DNA of 64,000 nt from Lytechinus pictus (taxonomy: Eukaryota), in the NCBI RefSeq assembly GCF_037042905.1, contig NC_087253.1, positions 16,802,001-16,866,000 of the forward strand, read 5' to 3'. The position numbers were made by a program, and so were the translations under genes. Below the pieces are notes generated by a model, which had not been told where the DNA came from, made no database searches, and saw only the letters and a list, made by a program, of their open reading frames with translations. How positions within the stretch are numbered: position 1 is the stretch's first letter; each line of letters starts with the position of its first letter. This document shows positions 1 through 13,143 of this stretch, in pieces.

Positions 1-376
1 CAATGTGAAATCACCTACACATGTACATACTGCTAAATGGCTTTTGAGCATTTCAACAGTGATAATCACAGATTTACATAGTCAACCATGTGAACACGCT
101 AAGAACAGTCACATTGTCGAGGCGTCTACATAGTGTGTAAATATCTACACACTGTTGAATTTGAGTATTTTAACAGTGTGAATAATATTTTCACATGGTC
201 CTCTATGTGAACACACTGTGATCACACTGTGTGATACTTTGTTCTATCCAGTCGAAATGTTTGGTCAACAAATGCTCTATTTTAGGTCTAAATTATGCTT
301 ACTCTCTAAAAAAATATGATAGATTGTTGAATTTTGCCTTTGCGGCCATTATTTTTTTGAACGAATACGAGGCCTT

Positions 377-1135
377 TTAGTTCAAGTTTTCAAGTTCAAG
401 TTTTATTTCATTTCTCAACTCAATACAAGATAAGGAATAATTACACAGATATAAAATGATAACCGTACAAATCAATACAAATGAATATACATTGCAAGCA
501 ATATGACTATACAAGAAAGTAAATAAATGTTTATGGTAAACACTAAATAACGTGATAATCATATTAACCAATAACAATATATACAATGGAAATAGAACAA
601 AATGTATGCCATTCTCGGAAAAAAAAATATTAAAAAAATGCAAGGCTACCTTTATAACTCTTTTTTTTTCCAATAAGGTTGAGTAAATGGAGGGATCCAC
701 TAAAAAGCAGGGCTTGTTGAGTGTGGACCCCTCAGAGAATTAAAGATTTTTAAAGTACAGGTATAAAACGAAAATGAGAATGAGAGAGAGAAAAAAAAGA
801 ATAAGGTTGATGTGATGGTCGATGAAGAAATACCGAGATAATGGATGAAGAATTATATCCACAGGATAGGGTGGTGCACATGTGTGGTTGAAAGAAGAAG
901 AGAAGAAGGAGAAACACAAAAAAAGCAAAAGAGTGAAGGGCATAAGACCGATGAAGGAGAATGAGCGGAAGAGAGCGAGGTAGAGAGACGGTCAGGGAGG
1001 GGGGGGGAGAAAGAGGAGGGTAAAAGGGATTGGTTATCGACTGTTCAATTGGAATTTGCTTTATATGATTCAAGAATTTGTTTCTTCAGTTTAATCTTAA
1101 AACTGTTCAATACAAAACTGTTTATACAAGATACT
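377..1135 (-). mobile_element. 3' end of a CR1-group non-LTR retrotransposon
   Basis: Minus strand gives a C-terminal remnant LNSFKIKLKKQILESY* near 1061-1110, then a pyrimidine-rich 3' UTR, a hairpin at 690-733, AATAAA and a TTGAAC-type tail. The same motifs occur at 42380-43205. Confidence 0.6.
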
Positions 1136-1849
1136 CTTGAGTTTGCGAAATCATGCTAAGAATTTTGACATGTTAGATGGCATTCTTACCCTCCCCCTTG
1201 TAAGTAGGATATATGTTGTATCAATAGTGTAAAGTTTAAATTGGTTTTGTTCTCACTGCGATGGGTAGTAGGACTACAAGATCGAGCAAAGTACATTATG
1301 GGTAAAAGCAATAACAGGAGCTGTTGCATAGCTAGGCGCAAGAACAAGTATGAAGTTCATGTATATGCTATTCAATGCAGAAGTGAAATAATGCCTTTAA
1401 GAAGTAATTCGAATACAGGTCACTGTCACGAAAGGCAATTGACTCCTGTTTTCTAGTTTTGGGTCAACAGTGATTTGCGAGAATCGCTCCGTTTACTGCA
1501 TTGGCTGACACCGTTATTAATCTGGATAGGTCGTATTGCCAGTGGATACGAGGAGTAAATGCGCGTATTGGCGGCGCCATTTTATTATTACATCGTAGAC
1601 GGTATAATGACACCGTTTATCATCAAACAGTTGATATGCTTTATGGTAATGATAGCCAACTTTCGATTCTCGTTTTAAGCTTATGTCATACTGTTAGGGC
1701 CTTGAACCCTCGATATGTGAATATGTAATTTAAAGCATATCGTTCCCCAGAAAAATAGATATTTTGTTCCTCGCTTCCATGTATTGTTTGTAGAACGTTT
1801 ATTCTGTTGTAAGCTTTGCGTCATGCATATACATATCCACGAAAATACC

Positions 1850-2192
1850 CACTCTCTGTTTAATTCTGCTGTGTTACTTCACTTATCATAACACCATATA
1901 TATACGAATAAAAAAATAGTACAAAAATCAAAACGATGTCGGATATATAGTATTGAGTCGCTCAATTTGAGTGTTATGTGTCTTATGAATCTGGCTGAAA
2001 TAAACTGAAAACGCTTATGATTCTGACTACGAGTCTAGGAAGAACAGATCCATTATATCAATGGCTCTGAATAGAGTGATCCATCCGTATATTTTTATGT
2101 GCATGTTTATATATTTATATTTAATATAATATCTTGTGAAATGGATTTTATTGTGATTTTTATACGGTAAATAAAACCAAACCAAACCAAAA
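1850..2192 (+). mobile_element. Degraded LINE 3' end
   Basis: T-rich UTR-like tract ending in AATAAA plus an (AACCA)n tail at about 2170-2190. Confidence 0.3.
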
Positions 2193-2659
2193 AACATAAT
2201 CCATTCAAAGTTTAGATACTATGACTTGGTGTGTTAATTGCAGTAAAAGTTTAGCTGCATTTTGTTTTAAAATCAAAATAAAGCCATTGACTGTGTGCCT
2301 TTTTGTAATAACATGTTGATAATTATGCCATTTCTAATGTAAAAGATTCCCAAGTCAGATGTTTTGCATTGGTTTACGTGTAAACACAATAATCACGTGT
2401 GAACATGACAGGGAAAGTGGTACGTCTAGCATGTATAATAGCCACAGGCAAACACACTATGCTACAGATGTTCCTGTAATGTAAGGCGAAAGAAGAGAAA
2501 TCCAAAAGACATTCGGGAGCAATTACTGGTTTGTGATCGGAATAAAGTACAATATATTGTTTCAAATGCTAGTCCTGATGTGTCTGGTTTTGTGTGTGTT
2601 TTTTGTTTCATTAAACGCATCTAGTGATATCTGTCCATTGTCAGTCCTTTCTCGGATGA

Positions 2660-3310
2660 ACATGCACGCCCACAAGCACGTTCGCACGTTTCACATACCC
2701 TCACACAACCCATACCCAAACACAACCTCTGTCACTCACACTTAACCCAAAACACTCACACACACCCACACACCCTGACGCACCCAACCATCACCCATAC
2801 ATACAAACATACCCACACATCTCCCATCACTCATACTCATTCACATTCGCACAATCCACATACATAACTTCTTTCACTCACGCTAACCCCAAAACACTCA
2901 TACACACACACACCCTATACCCGAACCCGCAACCATACATACAAACATACCCACACAGCTTCCATCCCTCATTCACTTGCCACCATTCACATTCATTTAC
3001 ACTTGTACAACCAACGGAAACACAATCGTTTACTCTCCCTACCCCCAAAACAATCACACACCCCAACACTGACACACACACCCAGTGTAACACACACCCA
3101 CACATACCCACACAACTACCATCCCTCATTCGCCCTCAAACCGACAAACACACACTCTCGCAAGTCCGTAACACCCACACTCACACCCTCCCCCTCTCAC
3201 CCATCCTCCCTCCCTCCCACTCTCTCGTCTGTCTTTCTGGTCCCCCGTTTTTCTCCTCCTTCCACCCCCAATCGCCTTCCTACTTTTTTCTCTCTCACCC
3301 CCCCCCCCTA
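2660..3310. repeat. CA-rich low-complexity tract with about three diverged 140-155 bp units
   Basis: CCCAAAACA-start and CATACCCACACA...CCATC(A/C)CTCAT motifs recur in three units beginning near 2745, 2887 and 3042; CT-rich tail. Confidence 0.8.
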
Positions 3311-4028
3311 CAGGAAATTTGCAAATTGTCCTTTGTAAACAAAGGAAAACACACCAAATTGTCAAAAAATCAATGAATTTATGAATATGCATTAATATCT
3401 AGAATTTTTTTTAACAAACATGCATTGTATATGTTGACTTTGCTGGCTCTCCATAGTTTCGAATGATCGGATTAATCGCAACTCTTTGTACGACGGGCCC
3501 CTGGTTTTCTTTTTGCAGGGAAAGTGGGTCAATAATTTTAAGGTCTGCAGGATCCGCTCAATGTATTTCACTCTCGATTAACAATGTCCCCTTTGCGTCC
3601 AAAAGAGGGGAATCCGTATGAATATTACATTATCGAGCTATTAATCTATTTCCACTTTGTTGCTTGGATACAGTATGTTTGCCATTCACTTCAAGTTTCT
3701 CATAAAATCCGGCGTTGATTGATATGAAATCCAATAAAAGTAATTTTCGACCAAGTTCCTAAACCAAGTTGCATATCGTTATCACTTGTATCAATGGGAA
3801 TCATCTTTGCTCTATCCTGCGCGGTTTCTTTTCAAGAATATTCGGAATTTCCCTTAGGCTTAGCTTCCATCTTCACTTTTTAGATTAATCATTGATATTT
3901 ACAAGTTTTATAGTTTCTGTTTTTGTTCGAATTAATCCTATGTTGCGTGGTATCCTCCAACTGAATCTTAGTCTCTCTAAAATGCTTTTACCATAAGAAA
4001 TGTACTTATGCCATTATTAGTTGTTCAT

Positions 4029-5062
4029 TGTTATCTGATATCTTATTTAAAAGCACGATAGTGGAGGGACAAGAAATAACCATATAAGAAATAATACTGT
4101 CCTTAATACAATTAACTGTTTGCTTATTCTGTTATATATAATAATTGTAAGAGCAATTACATTCATTTATTTAGTTATTTCCTCTTTAAGGATATTCATA
4201 GCATAGAATGATTAAGAATATTCCAGAATGTCTCATAAAGCTTTGTTAGACATGATTAATCTTTGAATAATCTTTGTTATTTTTGGAAAGTCCAAAGGGA
4301 GACAATACAGACTGCTAAACTATAGATTGCTACACAATAGACTAGTGGCAGTGAAAAGAACAATAGGATTAGCTATGTTGTTTACACTTTACGTTGTTAA
4401 TTTCACTGAGGTCATTCAATAGTCTTCTAAAATTAGACTAACATTGGCAGAATGTTCTTTTTGTAGACAATACTAGAAGCTTCCAGAATAGTGAATACCA
4501 GAAGCTTCCAGAATAGTGAATAATGTATATATAAGCTGGCAGTTTCTTCAAGGAGTTCATCATAACAGATCAGAACTTTAAGTCAGAGTATAGTTAATTT
4601 CCAACTGGAATATAACATTTATCTTCTGGAGAATTATTTGCACGCCATCAATGAACTGTTTGCAGTTACTTTGAGAGAAGAATTCTCAGTTTTCATCGAG
4701 ATCATCAACCCGTTTCAATGAACGCTTTTCAACCCATGGATTGCTGAAATTGACTGTTAATCATCATCAACATCGTCTTCACAGACATTTCAACTCGTTA
4801 CAGTGACTCTTGTTATTCATCGCGCTTCAACATCACTTTCATCATCGCCATCATTGTGAACTTTGATTTACGGAATCTTCGCCAACCAACTTGGATTAAA
4901 TACTGGACTATCATAACTTTGGATTATAATCAACACTTCAAGAGATGTAAGACCGTTATACTTTTTTATTTGTTTGTGTATGGTTAATTATTTCCTGTAA
5001 TAAAAAAAGCAAATCAAATTTAAAACTAAATTTTCATTGTTATTTGTTGCAGTATCGTAACA
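4029..5062 (+). mobile_element. Solo LTR (probably Gypsy or BEL type), about 1.03 kb
   Basis: TGTTA...TAACA inverted ends, TTCA(T) repeated on both flanks (boundary uncertain by 1 nt), TATATAA at 4528-4534, AATAAA at 4999-5004 and an internal 25-bp-period duplication at 4475-4522. No internal gag/pol. Confidence 0.65.
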
Positions 5063-5272
5063 ATTCATTCACTAAGAAAATTTCATTGTTACACATTATT
5101 CTTCATATTCAAAAATTAATTGAAGTTTATTTCATCTGTGTTTTACAAAGTAGAGAAAAGTCAAACGAGCATAACCATGAAAAAATGCATGGTGTTCTGT
5201 GAAGCCTTGGACAATTCATTCACCCGTCAGATGTTATGATAGATTCGGTATTCTATCATTCTGAGGTTTATA

Positions 5273-5420
5273 TCTCAGTCACATTTTCCCTACGGCGGCC
5301 GTACAGCAAGTTGAAAACAGCCGTTTTATTTATTTTATTCAAACCACCTGTATGTAGCTACTACAAAAAAAAAGTTTTTTGACTCGCCGTACGGCCACCG
5401 TAGGGGAAATGTGACTGAGG
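5273..5420. mobile_element. Palindromic MITE, PIF/Harbinger-like
   Basis: TIRs CTCAGTCACATTTTCCCTACGGCGGCCGTAC and GTACGGCCACCGTAGGGGAAATGTGACTGAG, with TA on both flanks. Confidence 0.75.
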
Positions 5421-7949
5421 TATTATTCTCAGCACTAAACGAAGCAATTAACAGTCATGATCGCCAATCATTCCTGAACAACGCAAATCTGAAATGAATG
5501 AAAGTACTTTGGCTGAATTTCAACCACATGTAATTTTTTCTTTGTCAAGCCCCAGGTAAAATTTCCATTTCTCATTGGGCAATTAATTAATTATCATGGT
5601 GATGAATCGTTAAACCATCGGTTCCAGATGTGATTTGCACAGTTTTTTTAAACATATTATTGTTCCTAACAATAGCCCACAGAGGCACAGACCGTCGATT
5701 AATTGTTATTTTACAATCACTGACCGAAATAATTTTATTTTCTATGATAGTAAAAAGTATTTGTTAAGGAACAACACTAATCGTACGTTTTAATATGATC
5801 CATTTTCATGTTTACTTCCTTTACAAATTGTAAAAAACAAGTATGCGATGCCTTACGAGTCGTTTATTTGACTCATTAAATGAAACAATTTTTTTTTCAA
5901 CACACACAAAAAATAACAAAGGTGGGATCAAGAGATTAGAGGTGTCACTGTAGTTTTATTTTTTGACATGGCCAATCTGATAGCGAAAGGGTGGCTCTTG
6001 ATGATAAAATTCTAATGTTTTCACATTTCAAACTAAGCCGGGTTCAACACAGGTCTTATGGTATTTACTTTTATTCAACTCCATGTTAATGTGACGTGAC
6101 AGAAACGGCAGATGGCGTCACGAGTATATCAGTAATGCATTATGGTTGCACTGATCCCGAGATAAGACTGAGCCGTATATATACGCCATAACCCAACGCA
6201 ACATCACCTGGAAATTCATCATGCATTCATCCGCCAAGAAGTGAGAACGGTAATCATTCAATTTATCTAAAATATGCCTGCCTTGCGTTTTGTAGGTCCA
6301 TTTTTCACGCATTAGACAGTAATGAAGTGTGAAAAGTGCATAGCGCTTATCTCTCGTATCCCCACATACTGACTTCCATGTATGGAAAAGTAAAATTCGG
6401 AATAGACCACCGCTCGCAAAGTGCAATATCCTGAAGATACTGATCAGTATTTTCAAGATGGTACGCGCTTTTCCATTTTGTTTGCAACTCTACAAACAAA
6501 ATTTTTTTCTGTTTGTTTCACATTGTGATGGAGCCTAATGGAAAGAATGTCGTCTAACAACCGTAAATATAATCTGATTGGATCTGAGTTAAAGTTCAAA
6601 CATAGGATAGATAACACTCATCTAGTTGTGTACCAAAGATTTGAAACATACGTGAACATATCAGAGTGCATCTGCATATATTCAATAGTGTATACGGTTG
6701 CATAATATCTAGTCTATGTTATATTATTTCAGAAAAAATTGCCCCGATATCCCTTGTTTTCAATTTTCCACCAACATGGGTTCGTTTAATGGGCCATCCG
6801 GCGACTATATCGTTTTGTTCTAAAACAAATTGTATTTCATTCTTCGACAAACTGCGAGATATTTATACTGATGTGTATAAAGTATGAATGCCCTCTGAAG
6901 ACACTTCGTGGTCCAGTCATGATTACACATGTTACAATGACGAATGGTAGATACAACAAAGTATGTAAGACTTTTTCAGATTGCTGTCATGCTTGTATGG
7001 CTAACATGTATATCATAATGAGAAATAGAATTGAAAGTTTACATACTGAATTTTTTTTTCGACATACACTCATGCACTTCACGTTTTCCGTTTTTATTTG
7101 AATTTTCCATTTTGTTCTCCAGTACCAAACACTCAGATACGAGAATGAACTTTGTTATATCTATAAATACGCGAAATAATGATTATAAATCAACGAATGA
7201 ACTAGCAACACGCCTACAACGACATGATTAAATTGTGTGAGGGTCAATATTATTTACGATTCATTTCATTTAATTGTTACTGTAATCATGCAATTAGCTA
7301 CATCATCATACCAAATACATGGAGTGAAGCTGACCTCGGTGAGCGTTCGTTCCCTTAATTAGTATTCAAAATATTCACAATTTTGTATTTTTAACTCGAC
7401 AATGGGCTTCTGCTGGAGTTGTTAAGCCCGGGAATGGAGGTATAACTTTGTGCAACGTTAAGGAAGGAGAGATAGCAAAGCAACCACGCTGATAAGGTAT
7501 CTTTTGTTTTTGTATTTCAATTAAGATTGAAAGACCTACATCCCATTTTATTACAATTTTCGGTAGAAAATTAGGTTATGATACATGTCGGGGGGAGGCA
7601 CTTTATCCCCCCCCCCTACCAGCACTGCGTACAGCTCGCCTGCAAATCTACATGCATAATATGATACTTGGTTGTATGGTGTTGTTTAAATATTAAAGAC
7701 CATTCTCTGTCATTCAGACAATGGTTAAAGTCTAGTTGATTTTCGAGTTTACATGCAAAGAAATTTATGATTATATAATTCTGATCTGTATTTATGCGAT
7801 TTCTAATGCGTTTCTTAACATTTATGTCGCTTAACATATAACGTGATTGAAATTTCATGGCATTAATCAATTTGATTATCTTACAGTGATCTATTTTCGG
7901 TGTAGATCCATTACACAGATTACAAAACAAAAAAACATAAATGGTCGAT

Positions 7950-7976
7950 AAAATAATCATACTAATAATAATAATG

Positions 7977-8008
<32 letters not shown>

Positions 8009-8277
8009 AATAATAATATGCAAAATGTGTATAGCGCTAATACAAACGTTTCTAAGCATTGCATACTATTACGCCGGCTTTAGCACGGCTACCCTGATCG
8101 GGAGCATCAAGCATTCAAGGAATTCCTTCCTACCGGGTACCCATTTACTAACACCTGGGTCGAGAGTGGCAAATGTAGATAAACGCTTAGCCAAAGAACG
8201 CTATAGTGCTGCGGTGGGATTTTAACCCGGACCTTGTGGTTCAAAATCCGAAGACTTATCCACTGAGCCACGACACC
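7950..8277 (-). mobile_element. tRNA-derived SINE with (TTA)n tail
   Basis: Minus strand: A box TGGCTCAGTGG, degenerate B box, core CACTCTCGACCCAGGTG...AAATGGGTACCCGG shared with the two other copies, and a long (TTA)n tail. Confidence 0.85.
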
Positions 8278-9657
8278 AATACAGGTGGCTGTGCCTAACA
8301 TAAACATTTGTGCCGAAGTACATATTGGTCGTACAATGTAAGTGTGCTTCTGTTAGCAGCATCCTTGAAGAGGTATCCATTGGTCGAAAGTATTGGCTAA
8401 AATAATGTTTCCAAAACAATTTCAGAGTCGTAATCCTTGCTATAAATATATATCCTGAAGAATACGTCTACCCTTTCTGGCGTAGACGGAATGACACCCA
8501 ACTTTTCTTAGATGCATAGTGAGAGTACAAAACTTACATAAAGCTTTGTACGACATCATGCAGTTATGTATATAGTCAGCGTAGTTTGGAAGACTAACGA
8601 TTACTTGACGTAACCCTATATAGCCGAAATACAGCAGGATATATTCGGTCTGACAAAGGAAATTAATTCAATCAATTATTGTAGAATGTGCCCTTGAGAG
8701 TCTTTTGATCGGTTGCATGTACAATACTACTAACATCGGATGGGTAGAGATTGCATACACCAAGCTCGCGGAGGAGTGGAATTCAGAAAATAATTCAGTT
8801 CATTCGAAATGTTTTGATAGCCATTCGAAATGGCCAAAATTACACCCCTTATTCAAAATCATGAGCTATAATAAGACAAAAGGTGAAAGGCTAAGTTCTC
8901 AATAAATATTCGATTTACAGATATTCTGTTTATGATTATTAATTATCACTGATTGACTGTATAGTTAACAAACTTTTATACAATTGCATCAACCTCCCCC
9001 TCCCCCCTTTCGGTGAAAATGAAATTAATTTCATTACTAGTTCTAAATCCCAGTTTAATTTTCCTCCATTTGACGAACAAATGAACTGTGAATAAATTCT
9101 ATTCTAGATCATTTACATGAATGTCTGAACATTTTAACTGCTGCATGGATATGTCGTTAACAGATATACTTATATATTAAAGTACAAATGATCAGAATTA
9201 CATTGACTTGCTGCATTTAAGTCTGTGTAAAGTTATTCATAAGGCACCCCACCCCACCCACTGCTCAGTTGCATGCAAAGGTAGCAAGGCCTGTCGAACT
9301 TTACAATATACCCTCTCAGGCTGAGGCACTCGTACCGGCCGGATTCGGCGCCATGTACGTCGGGAGCTCAAGTACGCCCGCAGTCCGTTCACACAGATCT
9401 CCACTTTAATCTTCATTTGATCTGTGCATTACAAGCAGTGCTCATGATGGTTTTGTTTTCATATGTGCATAACACAATTGTTGGGTTGGGTTAAACTTCT
9501 AGATGCATTTTGCTCTATAAGTAGGCAGTGAGGAAGATCGGCTCGGACAGAGAGTCTTGCGAATAAGAATCATTGGTAATTAGGATGTTAAATCCATTTG
9601 TTTTAACTACCGCTGACAGAAATACAACTGGCCTGGCATCATTTATTTAATACTCAC

Positions 9658-9687
9658 TCTGCGTGTTCACAAAACAATCCATTAGGT
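9658..9687 (-). other. Candidate 30-nt frame-preserving exon
   Basis: Acceptor TTCTGTTACTGTTTTATAG and donor AGA|GTGAGT. Length is a multiple of 3 and two frames are open. Confidence 0.3.
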
Positions 9688-9972
9688 CTATAAAACAGTA
9701 ACAGAATGTTCCTAATTAACTGATTAACACTGTTTGGAAATCACTTATTAATAGGTCCATCATGCATTTGACATGTTGAGCGGTTCAAATCCTAATGACA
9801 GTTTGAAGGACATTTTGGATATTTATTTGCCACCCTCGGTCCAGGTGAGGTATAGCATATTATACATGTTGATTTTCTGAAGAAACTTATTGCCATCGAT
9901 GCTGAGATTATTAAATGGACCACAATGAAAGCCGTATACATTTGAGACATGAGAGCCAACATTAATATACCT

Positions 9973-10290
9973 TCTACTACTACTACTACTACTACTACCA
10001 CTGTTGCTGCTATACTACCACACCTACTACTACGTATTCTATCACCACTACTACTTCTTCTTCTTCGTATATAATACTACTAGTACTTCTACCACTTCTG
10101 CTACCGCTACTACTACTGCTTCTACTGCTATTTTTTCTACTTTTCCTTTTTCTACTACTACTTCTTCTTATTCTACTACTATTACTACTACTACTACTAC
10201 TACTAATACTACTTCTACTACTGCTTCTACTACAACTTCTACAACTACTTCTACTACGAAAACTACTATTAGTAATACTATAACTAAAAA
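9973..10290. repeat. (TAC)n/(TTC)n trinucleotide microsatellite
   Basis: Imperfect CTACTA array; it explains the Thr/Ser-rich and Val-rich ORFs. Confidence 0.95.
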
Positions 10291-10560
10291 GGTACTGCGG
10301 CTCTAAATGAGCTAATCATATGTAAACTGCATGTAAAATAGTTGGTTTTTCGCAAAAATTAATCCTCTTTTAGAAAAGAGTGTGTTCATATCTACTGCTG
10401 ATGAAGTCGCAGAAATACAATTTCAATAATAATACCAACAAATAAATAATTTAAAAATGATATACATATAGTACTCTATATCATAGCTTTCACACCGTAA
10501 ATCAAATTGACAATACTAAAGGGCTACATGTATCTACTTGTATGCTGGATACAATAAAGT

Positions 10561-10815
10561 TTATAACTGTTTCTCAAATCTATGAAGAGAAGTTTCAAAC
10601 CTCAAAGTAATGGGAAGCTTGTTCCATTTTCTTGCTGCAGTTACTGTAAATGTTCGATCGCCTGCCCTGCTACAGGTTACTGGATGACTAAGTCGATACA
10701 GATCTTTACTTGAACGCAAATCTTGAGGATTGTGAATCTGAAGTGCCCCCTTAATATACATGATCATGAAATGATTTGTACACGTACAACAGAATCTTAA
10801 ATACTCTTTTATCGT
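10561..10815 (-). mobile_element. L2-clade LINE ORF2 C-terminal fragment (frameshifted)
   Basis: Translates as KRVFKILLYVYKSFH then, in another frame, LRSS...AGDRTFTVTAARKWNKLPITLRFETSLHRFEKQL. This matches the typical L2 ORF2 tail pattern (FKILLL.YK...LRS...GDRAFS.AAP.LWN.LP). Confidence 0.85.
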
Positions 10816-11899
10816 GAGTTATGGTGTTTGGACGATCAGTAGTTCCACTACGTGGTGCGTTCTCACAATGAATTCCCAGCCGCGTATGGTCCATGTAGTA
10901 TCCATGTTCATGGATATCACTCTATCGCGTATCAATATTGGAATTAGCTTCGAATATAATCCTTGCGACACATCCACCAAACCCATTGTATTTGAAATAC
11001 GACGGAATAAAATAATGAATAACATTTACAGAAAGGGATGAACACTAGGTAAATGGAAAATTAAACGCGTCTCGGGGTATAGTAAGGTTAGGGGGCTGGT
11101 GAGAGAGAGATAGAGCGAGAGAAGGGGGCTGGGGAAAGACAGAAAGAGAGATATAGGGGAGAGACGGGGAAGTTAGAGACAACACTGAACATGACAATAC
11201 ACCAATACGTCATTAACATAGACTGATATTTTGGCGCGCTTGACACAAGATAAAAATGATACCCATCAGTGCATCAACAACTAAACCACTGAAATGTAAA
11301 GTTTTACCACCGAAAACGAACGAAGTTCTGCCAGGAACAATCCCTTTAAAAAGAAATATGCATGAAACCATAGATTATGAACGTGATATCCTGTTATTCA
11401 TCACTTTTGAAGGACTGCTACGGAAATGGGACGTTTGTCGAAAGCTTGACTGAGTGCACGCTCAATTTCCTGCCGAAAACCAGGTGGACGGTTTCATGAA
11501 GCCTCTTCTCCGTACACTTCACTGACAAATTCGCTCTGGGCCAATCAGATGGAAGGATTTCGATAGCTTATAATAAATGGCCAATGAACAATCACTGATC
11601 GATCGTTTCATGGAATGTTCCCGAGGGAACGGTGGCTCGGAACAGGCAGGTCCAAAGACCATCAGGATTAGAAGGATAGTCCGAAATGTTTGCCTCATGT
11701 TACGGTCAGTGGGGTTAAAGATACCATTAAAGGTAATGAGATGAAATTCATTTCTAACTGCGGCACGTTTCATAAAACCCATTTTAAACAATAACGAATT
11801 TCCAATTACAATTATAAGCTACTGAAATCATTCAATCTGATTGGTTGATATCAAAATTTGTTACATGAATTGAGTATTTGAAATTATAAGATTTTTAGT

Positions 11900-12245
11900 T
11901 CCTTTTTGTTATTTGTATGTTCTTATCTTATTTTACATCATCACTGTACATGGACATTGAACCAAAAAACATCATGATATACATTGAAATTCAACATACA
12001 AACTTTGACAACATTATATAAGTATAACAAGAAAGAATATTAATCACTTGTTCAATAGTAAGCAAACATAGTGCCTAATTTGAATTTTGAGTCTTCTTTT
12101 TGCAAATTTTTTCCAATAATACTTTTTTTGATATTTGCTCTCCATTTCATTTCTTCTAAGAATATTTCAATATTTTTTTGAAATTTGATTTTCTTTTTTG
12201 TTGAAAAATTGTATAAGAAGCTAAATTAATTAATACATTAAAGAA
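11900..12245 (-). mobile_element. Possible degraded L1/Tx1-like 3' fragment
   Basis: Remnant FNVLINLASYTIF...IFLEEMKWRANI followed by a T-rich UTR-like tract. Confidence 0.3.
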
Positions 12246-12533
12246 ATATTTAATGTCGTGTCCATTACCACCGTGTCTACCAATCACAATGTCTTCACAA
12301 CTTATATCAACATTTTAATATTCAGATTAATGGTAACACAAAATTGACTGAATTATAAGTTTATAACGAGTCTTTTATGAAACACGGGACCTTGGTTTGA
12401 ATTATCATGCCTGCTGAATGCCTCTGTATTACCATCGAAACCGATCGCAATCCAACCGATAGTGAGTCATTAAACATATGGACATGGCATTGGTGGTTCT
12501 GTTGTCAGATGCATTTGTGTGACTGTGGCGGTA

Positions 12534-13143
12534 CCAGTTCGTAGTTACTTTATGGACAATTTTGGTCAAATTACCTTTCATTTCTTTCATTATGATAGGC
12601 ATATTTCAGAGCAAGATATTACGTAAGCATGTTTACATAGCAGGATGAAGAAATTGCAGACCTGAGGGCCGTTTCATTAAGCTGTTCGTAAGTTAAGAGC
12701 GATTTTAAGAACGACTGGTGACCTTTTCTTACGCGCTAAACAATCGCCTATGGTGTATACCATTTACCTAAAGAAAGGATCACCAGTCGTTCTTATCTTA
12801 CGAGCAGCATTATGAAAACCCCCATCAGGTGACTAGAATAGCACACAAATGAACACTAGACTATGAAGGTATTTGTTGCATTTGTACTTTGAATGCGTAT
12901 TACAGCATGTTGTACAATATATACTTGACAAACTGTCAAATGCCAGTCGTTCGTGGACGCATTGATGTTTTTTGGATGTAAATTAAAAAAAAAAATCCAA
13001 AATAATATTGATCTGGACATCAAAGTTGGTGCTTATCCCATTAAATTTTAAACCACCATGTCACTTTAGTACCAGTAACCTTCCTCTGATCATGCGCAGA
13101 ATCTTCTGATCATGCGCAGAGTGGAACTACGAACTGGCTTATA
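12534..13143. mobile_element. Non-autonomous DNA element carrying a nested MITE
   Basis: Inverted ends CCAGTTCGTAGTT (12534) and AACTACGAACTGG (about 13124-13136). Confidence 0.55.
12662..12828. mobile_element. Nested palindromic MITE, Harbinger-like
   Basis: GGGCCGTTTCATTAAGCTGTTCGTAAG pairs with CTTACGAGCAGCATTATGAAAACCCC; inner arms AAGAACGACTGGTGA and TCACCAGTCGTTCTT. Confidence 0.75.

Noticed and set aside
2374-2500. Strong minus-strand acceptor at 2473 as a coding exon
   Set aside because: Two frames stop at once, the third gives an unrecognisable peptide, and the donor is weak.
8587-8607. miR-7-like string TGGAAGACTA
   Set aside because: Only the first 10 nt match contiguously and I see no complementary arm.
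9323-9342. miR-92-like string GCACTCGTACCGGCC
   Set aside because: The ATTGCAC seed is absent and no precursor hairpin is evident.
10004-10306. Mucin-like Thr/Ser ORF (also 36280-36750 and the Ile-rich 7616-8059)
   Set aside because: Translation of trinucleotide microsatellites.
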